Origin: Solirubrobacterales bacterium
GTDB lineage: Bacteria > Actinomycetota > Thermoleophilia > Solirubrobacterales > 70-9
DNA: 64,000 nt
NCBI GenBank assembly: GCA_036564135.1
Contig: DATCLC010000069.1
Coordinates: 1,529-65,528, forward strand
Direction of reading: 5' to 3'
Each line of letters opens with the position of its first letter. Within the stretch, counting starts at the first letter, position 1. A program made the translations under genes and the position numbers. The notes beneath the pieces were generated by a model, which saw only the letters and a list, made by a program, of their open reading frames with translations, was not told where the DNA came from and did not search any database. Shown piece by piece: positions 48,807 to 58,012 of the stretch.

Positions 48807-49352
48807 TTAGCCGCTCTTCTTGCCGACGACGACGGTGTAGAACGCCCTGCCGTTGCGCACGGAGACCCCCACGCCCAAGTGGCGGTAGGTGCTGTTCCGA
48901 AGCGTCGCCCGGTGGGAGGAGCTGCGCATCCATTGGCGCACGATGTCCCGCGGCGTCGCCCGCGAGCGGTTATGGGCGATGACCTCGCCGAGCGCGAAGC
49001 TGCGCGCCCCCCGCAGGTACCCGGTGCGCCGCACGCGCCCCTCGAGCGACGGCTCGCCGGGGCACTGGTGTGAGAAGCAGTTGTGCTTGCGCATGTAGCG
49101 GGTGTGCGCCTGCGCGGCCTGCTGCAGGTTCTTGTTGGGGCGCAGGTTCTTGGCGCTGCGGTTCTTGTTGACGAGGCACTGGATCGCGGCCCGCGCCTTC
49201 TTCTTGGTGAGCTTCTTGGAGGCGGTGTTGGCGCCCTTGCAGCTACGCGCCTGCGCGCTCTCCGGCGCTACCGCGGCGGGCAGGGCGGCGATCAGGACCG
49301 CGGCAACGACGAGTGTCAGCGTTTGTCTCAGCGAAATCATCATCAACCCCAT
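48807..49352 (-). CDS. secreted CAP/SCP-like domain protein (paralogue 2)
   Basis: 181 aa. Signal peptide, and HTRYMRKHNCFSHQCPGEPSLEGRVRRTGYL...RHLGVGV. Collinear with 47376..47942. Confidence 0.7.
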   Translation of the reverse strand: MGLMMISLRQTLTLVVAAVLIAALPAAVAPESAQARSCKGANTASKKLTKKKARAAIQCLVNKNRSAKNLRPNKNLQQAAQAHTRYMRKHNCFSHQCPGEPSLEGRVRRTGYLRGARSFALGEVIAHNRSRATPRDIVRQWMRSSSHRATLRNSTYRHLGVGVSVRNGRAFYTVVVGKKSG

Positions 49353-49391
49353 ATCTGCTCGTCCCAGTCCCCCTCTAACACGCCCGCGCGT

Positions 49392-50081
49392 TCAAAAGAG
49401 CGTCGCGTGGCTGTCGCGCGGGGCAATCAGCTCGGGCCCATCTTTGCGCACATCGTTGACAAAGTCGTTTACCTCGCGCATGACGAGGGCGTCCTCGGGG
49501 GCCGGGCGCAGGACCTCGAGCAGGGCCTCGATGTCGTTCGTGTCGGAGATCCAGAGCTCCTCCGCCTCGGGATCGAGGACGACCGGCATCCGGTCGTGGA
49601 TCGGGCGCATGAGCTCGTTGGGCGCGCAGGTGATGAGCGCGCAGCTCGCGATGGGCTCTGAGTCGCGGGGCTCGTAGCGCGCCCAGATGCCGGCGAAGGC
49701 GAAGAGGTCGCCGTCGGGGCGGCTGAACCAGATCGGCACCTTGCCGCGCTCGTCGCGGCGCCACTCGTAGAACCCGTCAGCGGGGATCAGGCAGCGGCGC
49801 TCGCGGAACGACTCGGCGAAGGCGGGCTGGCGCTCGAGCGACTCGGCGCGCGCGTTGATGAGCGGCGGACCCTTCTTCTCGAGCGCCCACTTGCCGGGGA
49901 TCAGGCCCCAGCGCAGGGTGCCGAGCTCGCGCCGCTGGGCACGCTCGCGGACGGCGAGCACCGGGTCCGTGGGCGCGATGTTGAAGCGCGGCCGCTCGTC
50001 GATCTCGGTCTCGTCGGGGAGCTCGAAGCGCAGCTTGATCCGGTTGGGATCGGGGTTGGCGAGCGTGTAGCGGCCGCACAT
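49392..50081 (-). CDS. SOS-response-associated peptidase (SRAP/YedK family)
   Basis: Trimmed to ATG 50081, which gives the invariant MCGRY N-terminus (catalytic Cys2). Family-typical remainder (FNIAPT, WGLIP). Confidence 0.85.
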   Translation of the reverse strand: MCGRYTLANPDPNRIKLRFELPDETEIDERPRFNIAPTDPVLAVRERAQRRELGTLRWGLIPGKWALEKKGPPLINARAESLERQPAFAESFRERRCLIPADGFYEWRRDERGKVPIWFSRPDGDLFAFAGIWARYEPRDSEPIASCALITCAPNELMRPIHDRMPVVLDPEAEELWISDTNDIEALLEVLRPAPEDALVMREVNDFVNDVRKDGPELIAPRDSHATLF

Positions 50082-50183
50082 GGCTCTGCCGAGGTTAGTT
50101 GCTGAGGCGTTGCGATTTCGGCGCGAGTCGCGCGGATCCCGTGACACGACGACTGCCAGAGTCGGCAGAATGAAAGTCTCCAC

Positions 50184-50267
50184 GCGGCGGTGGAGGAATG
50201 GGCAGACTCGCGGCTCTCAAAAAGCCGTGTCCGCAAGGACGTGTGGGTTCGAATCCCACCCGCCGCA
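50184..50267 (+). tRNA. tRNA-Leu (CAA)
   Basis: GCGGCGG TG GAGG AATGGGCAGA CTCG CGGCT CTCAAAA AGCCG TGTCCGCAAGGACGT GTGGG TTCGAAT CCCAC CCGCCGC A. Confidence 0.88.
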
Positions 50268-50273
50268 TCGCCG

Positions 50274-51053
50274 ATGACCCGCCTGGCCGGCGAGGTCGAC
50301 GCGGTTTTCTACCTGGCGGAGCTGGGCCTCAACCGTTGCCAGATCTCCCGCGCCACCGGCATCCCCCGCAGCACGGTCGGCCACTGGCTCGCGGGCAAGG
50401 TACCGGGCGTCGGTGACCCCCGCTACCCACCGGGCGAACCCTGTCGCGGCGGCTGTTCGCGGCCGCTGGATCTGAGTGAGGTCGCGTTCCGCCCGTACGC
50501 GTACCTCTTGGGCATCTATCTCGGCGATGGCTCGCTGGCACGACATCCGCGTGGCGTCTTCCGGTTGAGCATCTTCCTCGACCGGGCGTATCCCGGAATC
50601 GTTCGCGCCAGCGCGCAGGCAGCTCAGGCTGTCATCCCCGAGAGCCGCGTGCGCGTCGTCTCGCATGCCGACGCGCACATGGACGAGGTGGTCTCCTACT
50701 CCAAGCACTGGCCCTGCCTGCTCCCCCAGCACGGCGCCGGGACGAAGCACACGCGCAGGATCAAGCTCGCGGACTGGCAGCGCGAGATCCTCGACCGGCG
50801 CCCGTGGTCGTTCCTGCGCGGGCTGATCCACTCTGACGGCTCGCGGTTCATGAACCCGGCGGTCCACCCGCACCGCACCTACTGGTATCCGCGCTACCAG
50901 TTCTCGAACCGCTCGGCGGACATCCGCGCGCTGTTCTGCGAGTACTGCGAGAAGGTCGGCGTCGAGTGGCGCCAGGCGAACCGCTGGAACATCTCGGTCG
51001 CGCGGCGCGCCTCGGTCGAGCTCATGGACCGCCACATCGGCCCCAAGCGCTGA
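50274..51053 (+). CDS. free-standing HTH plus LAGLIDADG-like (two-motif) protein
   Basis: ATG lies 6 nt after the tRNA-Leu end. HTH-like RCQISRATGIPRSTVGHWL. Two dodecapeptide-like motifs, YLLGIYLGDGS and FLRGLIHSDGS. The ORF-track entry starts inside the tRNA and was trimmed. Confidence 0.65.
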   Translation: MTRLAGEVDAVFYLAELGLNRCQISRATGIPRSTVGHWLAGKVPGVGDPRYPPGEPCRGGCSRPLDLSEVAFRPYAYLLGIYLGDGSLARHPRGVFRLSIFLDRAYPGIVRASAQAAQAVIPESRVRVVSHADAHMDEVVSYSKHWPCLLPQHGAGTKHTRRIKLADWQREILDRRPWSFLRGLIHSDGSRFMNPAVHPHRTYWYPRYQFSNRSADIRALFCEYCEKVGVEWRQANRWNISVARRASVELMDRHIGPKR

Positions 51054-51093
51054 CCGCGCTGGCCTTCGCGGGCGCGAGGGGATAATCCCGCCC

Positions 51094-52362
51094 GTGAGCG
51101 AGGAGAGCCCAAACGCTGAGCGCATGGTCGCCGACGTCGAGGCGCTCTGCGGGTTCGAGGGACGCAGGCCGGGCACGGACGCCGAGCGCCGCGCCGCAAA
51201 CCACCTCGCCCGCCGGCTGCGGGAGCTCGGCTGGAGAGCCGACGTCGAGGCGACCTACGTCCACCCCCAGGCCGCGCTCATTTGGGCCGCGCACTGCGCG
51301 CTCGGGTTCGCGGCGAGCGTCATCGCCCTCCCCCTCCCCCCGGTCGGCTTCGCGCTCGCCTTGGTCGCCGCCGCCTCGCTCTATCTCGACCTCAACACGC
51401 GCCTGTACCTGCTGCGCACGCTGTTCTTCCGCCGCGGCTCGCAGAACGTCGTCGCGCGCGGCCGCTCGCGCGAGGCGCCCGCGCGCCTGCTGATCGTCGC
51501 CCACTACGACGTCGCCCGCACCGGCCAGCTCTTCTTCGGCCGCTCGCTGGAACGGGCCACGCGGGCGACCCGGCTCTTCGGCTTCGACCCGCCGCGCATC
51601 CCGTTCTGGTCGCTCGCCCTGCTCGTCCCCATTCTCGGCGCCCGCGTGGCGGGCCTCGACTCCGCCGCAATCGGCGCGATCCAGGTCCTCCCCACCCTGG
51701 CGCTGCTGGTCGCCGGCTTCGCCCTGCTCGACATCGAGTACTCCCCCGCCTCGCCCGGGGCCAACGACAACGCCTCGGGCGTGGCGGTGGCGCTCGCCCT
51801 CGCGAGCGAGCTGCGCGCGAACCCACCCGCGAACCTCGATCCGTGGGTCGTCCTCACCGGCGGCGGCGAATCTCCGATGGAGGGCATGCGCGCCTTCCTG
51901 CGCGCGCACCGAGACGAGCTCGACCGCCGGCGCACGTTTGTGATCGCCCTCGACGCCGTCGGCCGCGGCGAGCTGCGCTACGTCGCCTCCGAGGGCCTCG
52001 CGGTCGCCTACCCCGCCGACGCGCGCCTGCTCGAGCTCGCCCAGGCGGTGGCGGAGACGGGCGACGTCCCCGCTGCCCCGGAGCGCTCCGGCTTCGCGGG
52101 GGAGGCGCTCGCCGCACGCGTCCGCGGCCTGCGCGCGCTCGAGCTCACCGCCGCCGAGCCCGGCGACGCGCTGCCCTCCCACTACCACCTGCCCACCGAC
52201 ACACCCGAGCACATCGACCCCGACGCGCTCACGCGAGCGCGGGACTTCGCGCTCGCCCTGGTGCGCGCACTCGACCGCGACGTTGGCCGCGAGCTCGACC
52301 CCGAGCGGCCGGGCGCACAGCGTCCCAACCGCGTCGGCGCGGCTGATAGAACCCGGCCATGA
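51094..52362 (+). CDS. membrane-associated M28-family peptidase-like protein
   Basis: 422 aa. N-terminal RRPGTDAERRAANHLARRL, several TM segments, and GANDNASGVAVAL, typical of M28 metallopeptidases. Confidence 0.7.
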   Translation: MSEESPNAERMVADVEALCGFEGRRPGTDAERRAANHLARRLRELGWRADVEATYVHPQAALIWAAHCALGFAASVIALPLPPVGFALALVAAASLYLDLNTRLYLLRTLFFRRGSQNVVARGRSREAPARLLIVAHYDVARTGQLFFGRSLERATRATRLFGFDPPRIPFWSLALLVPILGARVAGLDSAAIGAIQVLPTLALLVAGFALLDIEYSPASPGANDNASGVAVALALASELRANPPANLDPWVVLTGGGESPMEGMRAFLRAHRDELDRRRTFVIALDAVGRGELRYVASEGLAVAYPADARLLELAQAVAETGDVPAAPERSGFAGEALAARVRGLRALELTAAEPGDALPSHYHLPTDTPEHIDPDALTRARDFALALVRALDRDVGRELDPERPGAQRPNRVGAADRTRP

Positions 52363-54359
52363 GCGGGACGCAGACGAAATCGGGCGAGCTGCTGTGGACC
52401 CCGAGCCCCGAGGCGGTCGCCAGCTCCAACCTGACCGCGTACGCCGACTGGCTGCGCGACGAGCGCGGCCTCGACTTCGGCGGGGACTACCACGAGCTCT
52501 GGCGCTGGTCGGTCACGGAGCTCGAGGGCTTCTGGCGGTCGATCTGGGACTACTTCCGAGTACGCGCCGACGGCGACCCGTCCACGGTGCTCGTCGAGCG
52601 CAAGATGCCGGGCGCCCAGTGGTTCCCGGACACGCGGCTGAACTACGCCGAGCACATCCTGCGCGAGCGCGACGACGCGCAGGTCGCGGTGCGCTACCGC
52701 GCGGAGGGCGGCGAGCTCGGCGAGCTCACCTGGGGCGATCTGCGCAAGCGCGTCGCCGCCTTCGCCCAGGGCCTGCGCGAGCTGGGCGTCGAGCGCGGCG
52801 ACCGGGTCGTCGCCTACCTGCCCAACTCCCCGGCCGCGCTCATCGCCTTCCTCGCGAGCGCCTCGATCGGCGCGATCTGGTCGAGCTGCTCCCCGGACTT
52901 CGGCGTGCGCTCGGTCGTCGACCGCTTCGCGCAGATCGAGCCAAAGGTGCTGATCGCCGTCGACGGCTACCGCTACGGCGGGCGGGAGTTCGACCGGATG
53001 GAGATCGTCGCGGCGCTCGAGGGCGATCTGCCCACGCTCGAGCACACGGTCCTGGCTCCCTATCTCGACCCGAACGCCGATCCGGGGCGCCTCGCGCACG
53101 GCGTCGGCTGGCGGGAGATCGAGGAGCGGGGCTCAGGCGCCGCGCTTGAGTTCGAGCGCGTGCCGTTCGACCACCCGCTCTGGGTGCTCTACTCCTCGGG
53201 CACTACGGGCCTGCCCAAAGCGATCGTCCAGGGCCACGGCGGCATCCTGCTCGAGCACCTCAAGAAGCTCAACCTGCACGTCGACGCCAAGCCCGGCGAC
53301 CGCATCTTCTGGTTCACCACAACCGGCTGGATGATGTGGAACTTCCTGGTCGGCGCGCTGCTCACCGACGCCTCGATCATCCTCTACGACGGCAACCCGG
53401 GCTACCCCGACATGAACGCCCTCTGGGACCTCGCCGAGGAGACCGGGATGACCTGCTTCGGGACCTCCGCGAGCTACATCTCCGCCTGCATGAAGGCGGG
53501 CGTCGAGCCCTCCCAGGGCCGCGAGCTCGCCAACCTGCGCGCCGTGGGCTCGACGGGCTCCCCGCTGGCGCCCGAGGGCTTCGAGTGGGTCTACGAGCAC
53601 GTCGGGCGCGACACCTGGCTGTTCTCGACTTCCGGCGGGACCGACGTCTGCACGGCGTTCGTCGGCGGCGTCCCCACCCTGCCCGTCTACCGCGGCGAGC
53701 TGCAGGCCCGAGCCCTGGGCGCCAAGGTCGAGGCCTTCGATGAGGACGGCAACCCCCTCATCGGCGAGGTCGGCGAGCTCGTCCTCACCGAGCCGATGCC
53801 CTCGATGCCGCTCTTCTTCTGGGGCGACGAGGACGGTTCGCGCTACCGGGCGAGCTATTTCGAGATGTACCCGGGAGTCTGGCGCCACGGCGACTGGATC
53901 GAGATCACCGAGCGCGGCACGGCGATCATCTACGGGCGCTCCGACTCGACCATCAACCGGTCCGGCATCCGCATGGGGACCGCGGAGATCTACCGCGCCG
54001 TACTCGCCGTCGATGAGGTCACGGACGCGCTCGTCGTGGATATCCCGAAGCCGGGCACCGAGGGCTGGATGCCGCTCTTCGTCGTCCTGCGCGAGGGCGC
54101 CGAGCTGACCGACGAGCTCAAGCGCGAGATCGCCCAGCGCATCCGCTCCGACTGCTCGCCGCGCCACGTGCCCGACGAGATCTACCGGATCAAGGAGGTG
54201 CCGCGCACGCTCTCGGGCAAGGTGCTCGAGATCCCCGTGAAGCGCATCCTCACCGGCACCCCGCCGGAGCGCGCCGCGAGCCGCGACTCGCTCTCCAACC
54301 CCGGCGCGCTCGACTTCTTCGTCGAGCTCGCGGAGCGCCTGCAGCGCGGCGAGGCCTAG
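52359..54359 (+). CDS. acetoacetate-CoA ligase (acetoacetyl-CoA synthetase)
   Basis: 666 aa. AMP-binding motif YSSGTTGLPKAIV. The N-terminal LWTPS...L..Y..WL pattern and overall length are typical of acetoacetyl-CoA synthetases. ATGA overlap with the upstream gene. Confidence 0.85.
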   Translation: MSGTQTKSGELLWTPSPEAVASSNLTAYADWLRDERGLDFGGDYHELWRWSVTELEGFWRSIWDYFRVRADGDPSTVLVERKMPGAQWFPDTRLNYAEHILRERDDAQVAVRYRAEGGELGELTWGDLRKRVAAFAQGLRELGVERGDRVVAYLPNSPAALIAFLASASIGAIWSSCSPDFGVRSVVDRFAQIEPKVLIAVDGYRYGGREFDRMEIVAALEGDLPTLEHTVLAPYLDPNADPGRLAHGVGWREIEERGSGAALEFERVPFDHPLWVLYSSGTTGLPKAIVQGHGGILLEHLKKLNLHVDAKPGDRIFWFTTTGWMMWNFLVGALLTDASIILYDGNPGYPDMNALWDLAEETGMTCFGTSASYISACMKAGVEPSQGRELANLRAVGSTGSPLAPEGFEWVYEHVGRDTWLFSTSGGTDVCTAFVGGVPTLPVYRGELQARALGAKVEAFDEDGNPLIGEVGELVLTEPMPSMPLFFWGDEDGSRYRASYFEMYPGVWRHGDWIEITERGTAIIYGRSDSTINRSGIRMGTAEIYRAVLAVDEVTDALVVDIPKPGTEGWMPLFVVLREGAELTDELKREIAQRIRSDCSPRHVPDEIYRIKEVPRTLSGKVLEIPVKRILTGTPPERAASRDSLSNPGALDFFVELAERLQRGEA

Positions 54360-55600
54360 CGCAGCCCGAGGCGCTCCGCGCGCTCCCGGGCGCGCGCCAC
54401 GATCTCGTCGGCGCCCTCGACGCGACCGTCCCGCATCAGCACGCGCCCGGCGACGACGGTCGTATCGACGACCGAGCCCGAGGCCGCGTAGATGAGCCCC
54501 GCGTCGAGCGCGCCCAGCGCGAGCTCGGGCGCGTCCGTGCGCACGAGCAGGAAATCGGCAGGCGCACCCACCTCGAGCGAGGCGCGGCGCAAAAGCGGGG
54601 AGCGCTCGCCCGCGGCGAGCGCCAGGGCCTCGGCGGCGGTGACCGCGGCCGCATCGCCCGCCTCGTTCTTCTGCAGGAGCGCGAACGTCTTGGCGTCGCT
54701 CAGCAGGTCAAGGGAGTTATTGGAGCCGGCGCCGTCGGTGCCCAGCCCGACGTGCACCCCCCGCTCGCGCGCCGCCACGTATGGGAAGACGCGGCCGACC
54801 GCGAGCTTGAGGTTCGCCACTGGGTTGGTGACCACGGTCGCGCCGCGCTCCGCGATCAGTTCGAGCTCGCCCTCGTCGAGCCAAACGCCGTGCGCGAGGA
54901 TCGTCTGCGGACCGAGCAGCCCGCAGCGGTCGAGCAGCTCCGTCGGCCGCACGGCGTGCTCGGCGAGGCAGCGCTCCACCTCTCCGCGCGTCTCGGAGAG
55001 GTGGATCTGCACGGGCACGCCGCGCTCCCGCGCTCGCTCCGCGACCCACTCCAGCGACTCGGGCGAGACCGTGTAGATCGCGTGCGGGGCGAACCCCGCC
55101 CGCACGCGCCCCGACGCCGACTCCCCCATCTCGTCCAGCGCCGCGTCCGCGCGCGAGCGCGACGCCGCGGCGTCGGAGCCGTCGATGAGCGGAGCCGCGC
55201 AGACCGCGCGCAGGCCGGCGTCCTCCACCGCGCGCGCCGCCGCGGCCGGGTGCCAATACATGTCCCAGAACTCGACCGTGCCCGTGCGGACCATCTCGAG
55301 GCACGCGAGCCGCGTCCCCCAGTACACGTCCTCGGGCTCGAGCTTCGCCTCCACAGGCCAGATGTGCTTCTCGAGCCACTCCATGAGCGGCAGGTCATCG
55401 GCGTACCCGCGAAAGAGCGTCATCGCGGCGTGGGTGTGGCCGTTGACGAGCCCGGGCACGAGCGCCATCCCGCGCGCGTCGAGCACCTCGTCGCCGGCCG
55501 CGGGCCCGACCTCGGGCCCAAGCTCGACGATGGCCCCGCCCTCGGCGCGCAGGCCGACCTCGCGGCCGTCGAGGAGGGCGTTGGTGACGGCGAGAGCCAT
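54356..55600 (-). CDS. mtaD: amidohydrolase, 5-methylthioadenosine/S-adenosylhomocysteine deaminase-like
   Basis: 414 aa. Metal ligands LVNGHTHAAMTLFRG. Family resemblance throughout. Confidence 0.75.
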   Translation of the reverse strand: MALAVTNALLDGREVGLRAEGGAIVELGPEVGPAAGDEVLDARGMALVPGLVNGHTHAAMTLFRGYADDLPLMEWLEKHIWPVEAKLEPEDVYWGTRLACLEMVRTGTVEFWDMYWHPAAAARAVEDAGLRAVCAAPLIDGSDAAASRSRADAALDEMGESASGRVRAGFAPHAIYTVSPESLEWVAERARERGVPVQIHLSETRGEVERCLAEHAVRPTELLDRCGLLGPQTILAHGVWLDEGELELIAERGATVVTNPVANLKLAVGRVFPYVAARERGVHVGLGTDGAGSNNSLDLLSDAKTFALLQKNEAGDAAAVTAAEALALAAGERSPLLRRASLEVGAPADFLLVRTDAPELALGALDAGLIYAASGSVVDTTVVAGRVLMRDGRVEGADEIVARARERAERLGLR

Positions 55601-55725
55601 GGGGTGAGCAGCCTACGCGCTCGGGCGGCACCAACCCAACTCACGCGCCGAGATCGCGCACTTGTGCCGCTCACACCGGCACAACAGCACTAGCTCGACT
55701 CCGCGAGACGCAGACCCGCCGAGCC

Positions 55726-56364
55726 CTACACCAGCCCGGGCACCGCCAACGCCAAAGCCTGCTCCAGCGCCGCACGGTGCTCCCGCTGGCCCGCCTCCAC
55801 CTCCTCGAGCGTGAGCTCGGTCTCGGCGACCCCGTTCGCGTAGTTGTCCACCATGCAGATCGCCGCGTAGGCGAGGCCGAGCTCGCCGGCGATCACGCAC
55901 TCCGACGCCACCGTCATCCCGATCACCTCGGCGTGCGCCGCGGCGAAGCGCACCTCCGCGCGCGTCTCGAGCCGCGGCCCGGCGACCTGCCAGTAGACCC
56001 CGCCGTCGCGCACCTCCGCGTGCGCGCGCAGCGCCGCGATCACGCGCGCCCGCCAGTCGGGGTCGAAGCCCGGCACGCGGTGCGCCTCGCGCCCGCTCAG
56101 CGTGGTGAGCGGCCCCACGTCAAGCGCGATGAAGTCGTCCGGGCAGACCAGCGTCCCCGGCACAAGCTCCGGCCGCAGCGAGCCGACGGAGGCCACGCCA
56201 AGCACGCGGTCGCACCCCGCGTCGGCCAGCCGGCGCAGGTTGGCGCCGTGGTCGATCAGGTGCGGGAGCTGGTAGCCGCGCTCACCGTGGCGGTCGATCG
56301 CGACGACGCCGGGGACGTCGAGGCCCGCCGCCCCACTGCCCAGGATCAGGCCGACCTTCCCCAA
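55726..56364 (-). CDS. MTAP-family purine nucleoside phosphorylase
   Basis: VGLILGSG...VASVGSLRPELVPGTLVCPDDFI. Start tentatively TTG 56364, just after the upstream stop. The ORF-track start 56430 would overlap the upstream gene by 59 nt. Confidence 0.75.
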   Translation of the reverse strand: MGKVGLILGSGAAGLDVPGVVAIDRHGERGYQLPHLIDHGANLRRLADAGCDRVLGVASVGSLRPELVPGTLVCPDDFIALDVGPLTTLSGREAHRVPGFDPDWRARVIAALRAHAEVRDGGVYWQVAGPRLETRAEVRFAAAHAEVIGMTVASECVIAGELGLAYAAICMVDNYANGVAETELTLEEVEAGQREHRAALEQALALAVPGLV

Positions 56365-56371
56365 CGCCCCG

Positions 56372-57910
56372 CTAGACCGGCGTGATCGGGTTGCGCCGCT
56401 CCGAGAACTCGCGCCGGCGTCCCTCCGCATGCGAGAAGCGGTGGATCAGCTCGTCGCGCAGCGTGTCCGGCTCGACCACCGCGTCGACGACGAGTTCCGA
56501 GGCGAGCCGCAGGATGTCGATGTCGGCCGCGTACTCCGCGCGCTTCTGCCGCACGAACGCCTCGCGCTCCTCGGGATCCTCGATCGCCTGGATCTGGTTG
56601 GCGAACACCGCGTTCACAGCCGCCTCGGGACCCATGACCGCGATCGAGGCGGTCGGCAGCGCCAACGTGCAATCCGGCTCGAACGCGGGCCCCGCCATCG
56701 CGTAGAGGCCCGCGCCGTACGCCTTGCGCACGATCACCGAGATCTTCGGCACGGTGGCCTCGGAGACCGCCGAGATCATCTTCGCCCCGTGCCGGATGAT
56801 CCCCTGGCGTTCGACCTCGGTGCCGATCATGAAGCCGGGCACGTCGGCGAGGAAGAGCAGCGGCACGTTGAACGCGTTGCAGGTGTTGATGAACCGCGCC
56901 GCCTTGTCAGCGGAGTCGACGAACAGCACACCGCCCTTGAACTTGGGCTGGTTGGCGACGACGCCGATCGTGCGCCCGTCGAGGCGCGCGTAGCCGACGA
57001 CGACCTCCTTCGCCCAGCGCCCGTGCACCTCGAGGAACGAGTCGGCGTCGACGAGCGCCGCGATCAGCTCCTTGATGTCGAAGGGCGTCTTCTCGTTCTC
57101 AGGGACGATCTGCGAGACCGTCCGCTCACTCGCCGGCGCCGCGGGCGGCGCGCCGGGCGCCGGCTCGCGCCAGTTCTGGGGCATGTACGAGAGATAGCGG
57201 CGCGCGAGGTCGATCGCCTCCTCGTCGGAGTCGACCAGGAAATGCCCGCACCCCGACACCCCGGTGTGCATCTTGGCCCCGCCCATCTCCTCGAGCGTGA
57301 CCCGCTCGCCGATCACCATCTCCGCCATGCGCGGCGAGCCGAGGTACATCGACGCGTTCCCGTCGCGCATGATCACGACGTCGCAGAACGCCGGGATGTA
57401 GGCGCCACCAGCCGCCGAGGGGCCGAACAGCATGCAGACCTGCGGCACCCGGCCGGACAGCTTGACCTCGTTGTAGAAGATGCGGCCCGCGCCGCGGCGC
57501 CCGGGAAACATCCGCACCTGGTCGGTGATGCGCGCGCCAGCGGAGTCGACGAGGTAAAGGATCGGGACCTCGAGCTCGAGCGCGCGCTCCTGGATCCGCA
57601 GGATCTTCTCGACCGTCTTCGGGCCCCAGGACCCGGCCTTCACCGTCGGGTCGTTGGCCATGAGCGCGACCGGCCGGCCGCCCACCGTGCCGATCCCGGT
57701 CACCACCCCGTCGGCACCGAGCCCCTCCTGCTCCCAGTTGGCGAGCAGGCCCTCCTCCGCGAAGGAGTCGGGATCGACGAGGCGCGCCACGCGCTCGCGC
57801 ACGGGCAGCTTGCCCTGCGCTGCGGTTTTCTCGCGATGGCGCTCCGGGCCGCCGGCGAGCGCCGCCGCGAGCGCCTCCTGCAGGCGCTCGCCGTGCTTGA
57901 TCTCGCTCAT
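56372..57910 (-). CDS. acyl-CoA carboxylase carboxyltransferase (beta) subunit
   Basis: Trimmed to ATG 57910 (MSEIKHGERL). GKLPVRERVARLVDPDSFAEEG, GGAYIPAFCDVVIM. Two crotonase-like halves. Confidence 0.88.
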   Translation of the reverse strand: MSEIKHGERLQEALAAALAGGPERHREKTAAQGKLPVRERVARLVDPDSFAEEGLLANWEQEGLGADGVVTGIGTVGGRPVALMANDPTVKAGSWGPKTVEKILRIQERALELEVPILYLVDSAGARITDQVRMFPGRRGAGRIFYNEVKLSGRVPQVCMLFGPSAAGGAYIPAFCDVVIMRDGNASMYLGSPRMAEMVIGERVTLEEMGGAKMHTGVSGCGHFLVDSDEEAIDLARRYLSYMPQNWREPAPGAPPAAPASERTVSQIVPENEKTPFDIKELIAALVDADSFLEVHGRWAKEVVVGYARLDGRTIGVVANQPKFKGGVLFVDSADKAARFINTCNAFNVPLLFLADVPGFMIGTEVERQGIIRHGAKMISAVSEATVPKISVIVRKAYGAGLYAMAGPAFEPDCTLALPTASIAVMGPEAAVNAVFANQIQAIEDPEEREAFVRQKRAEYAADIDILRLASELVVDAVVEPDTLRDELIHRFSHAEGRRREFSERRNPITPV

Positions 57911-58012
57911 CGAGCGCCAGTCTAAGCGTCCGCGGCGACCCACCCCGCCGCTGGTCCGCCCCCGGGGACTAGGCTGCGCGCAGGCGAACGCGACCACTGG
58001 GAGGACGGAGAG

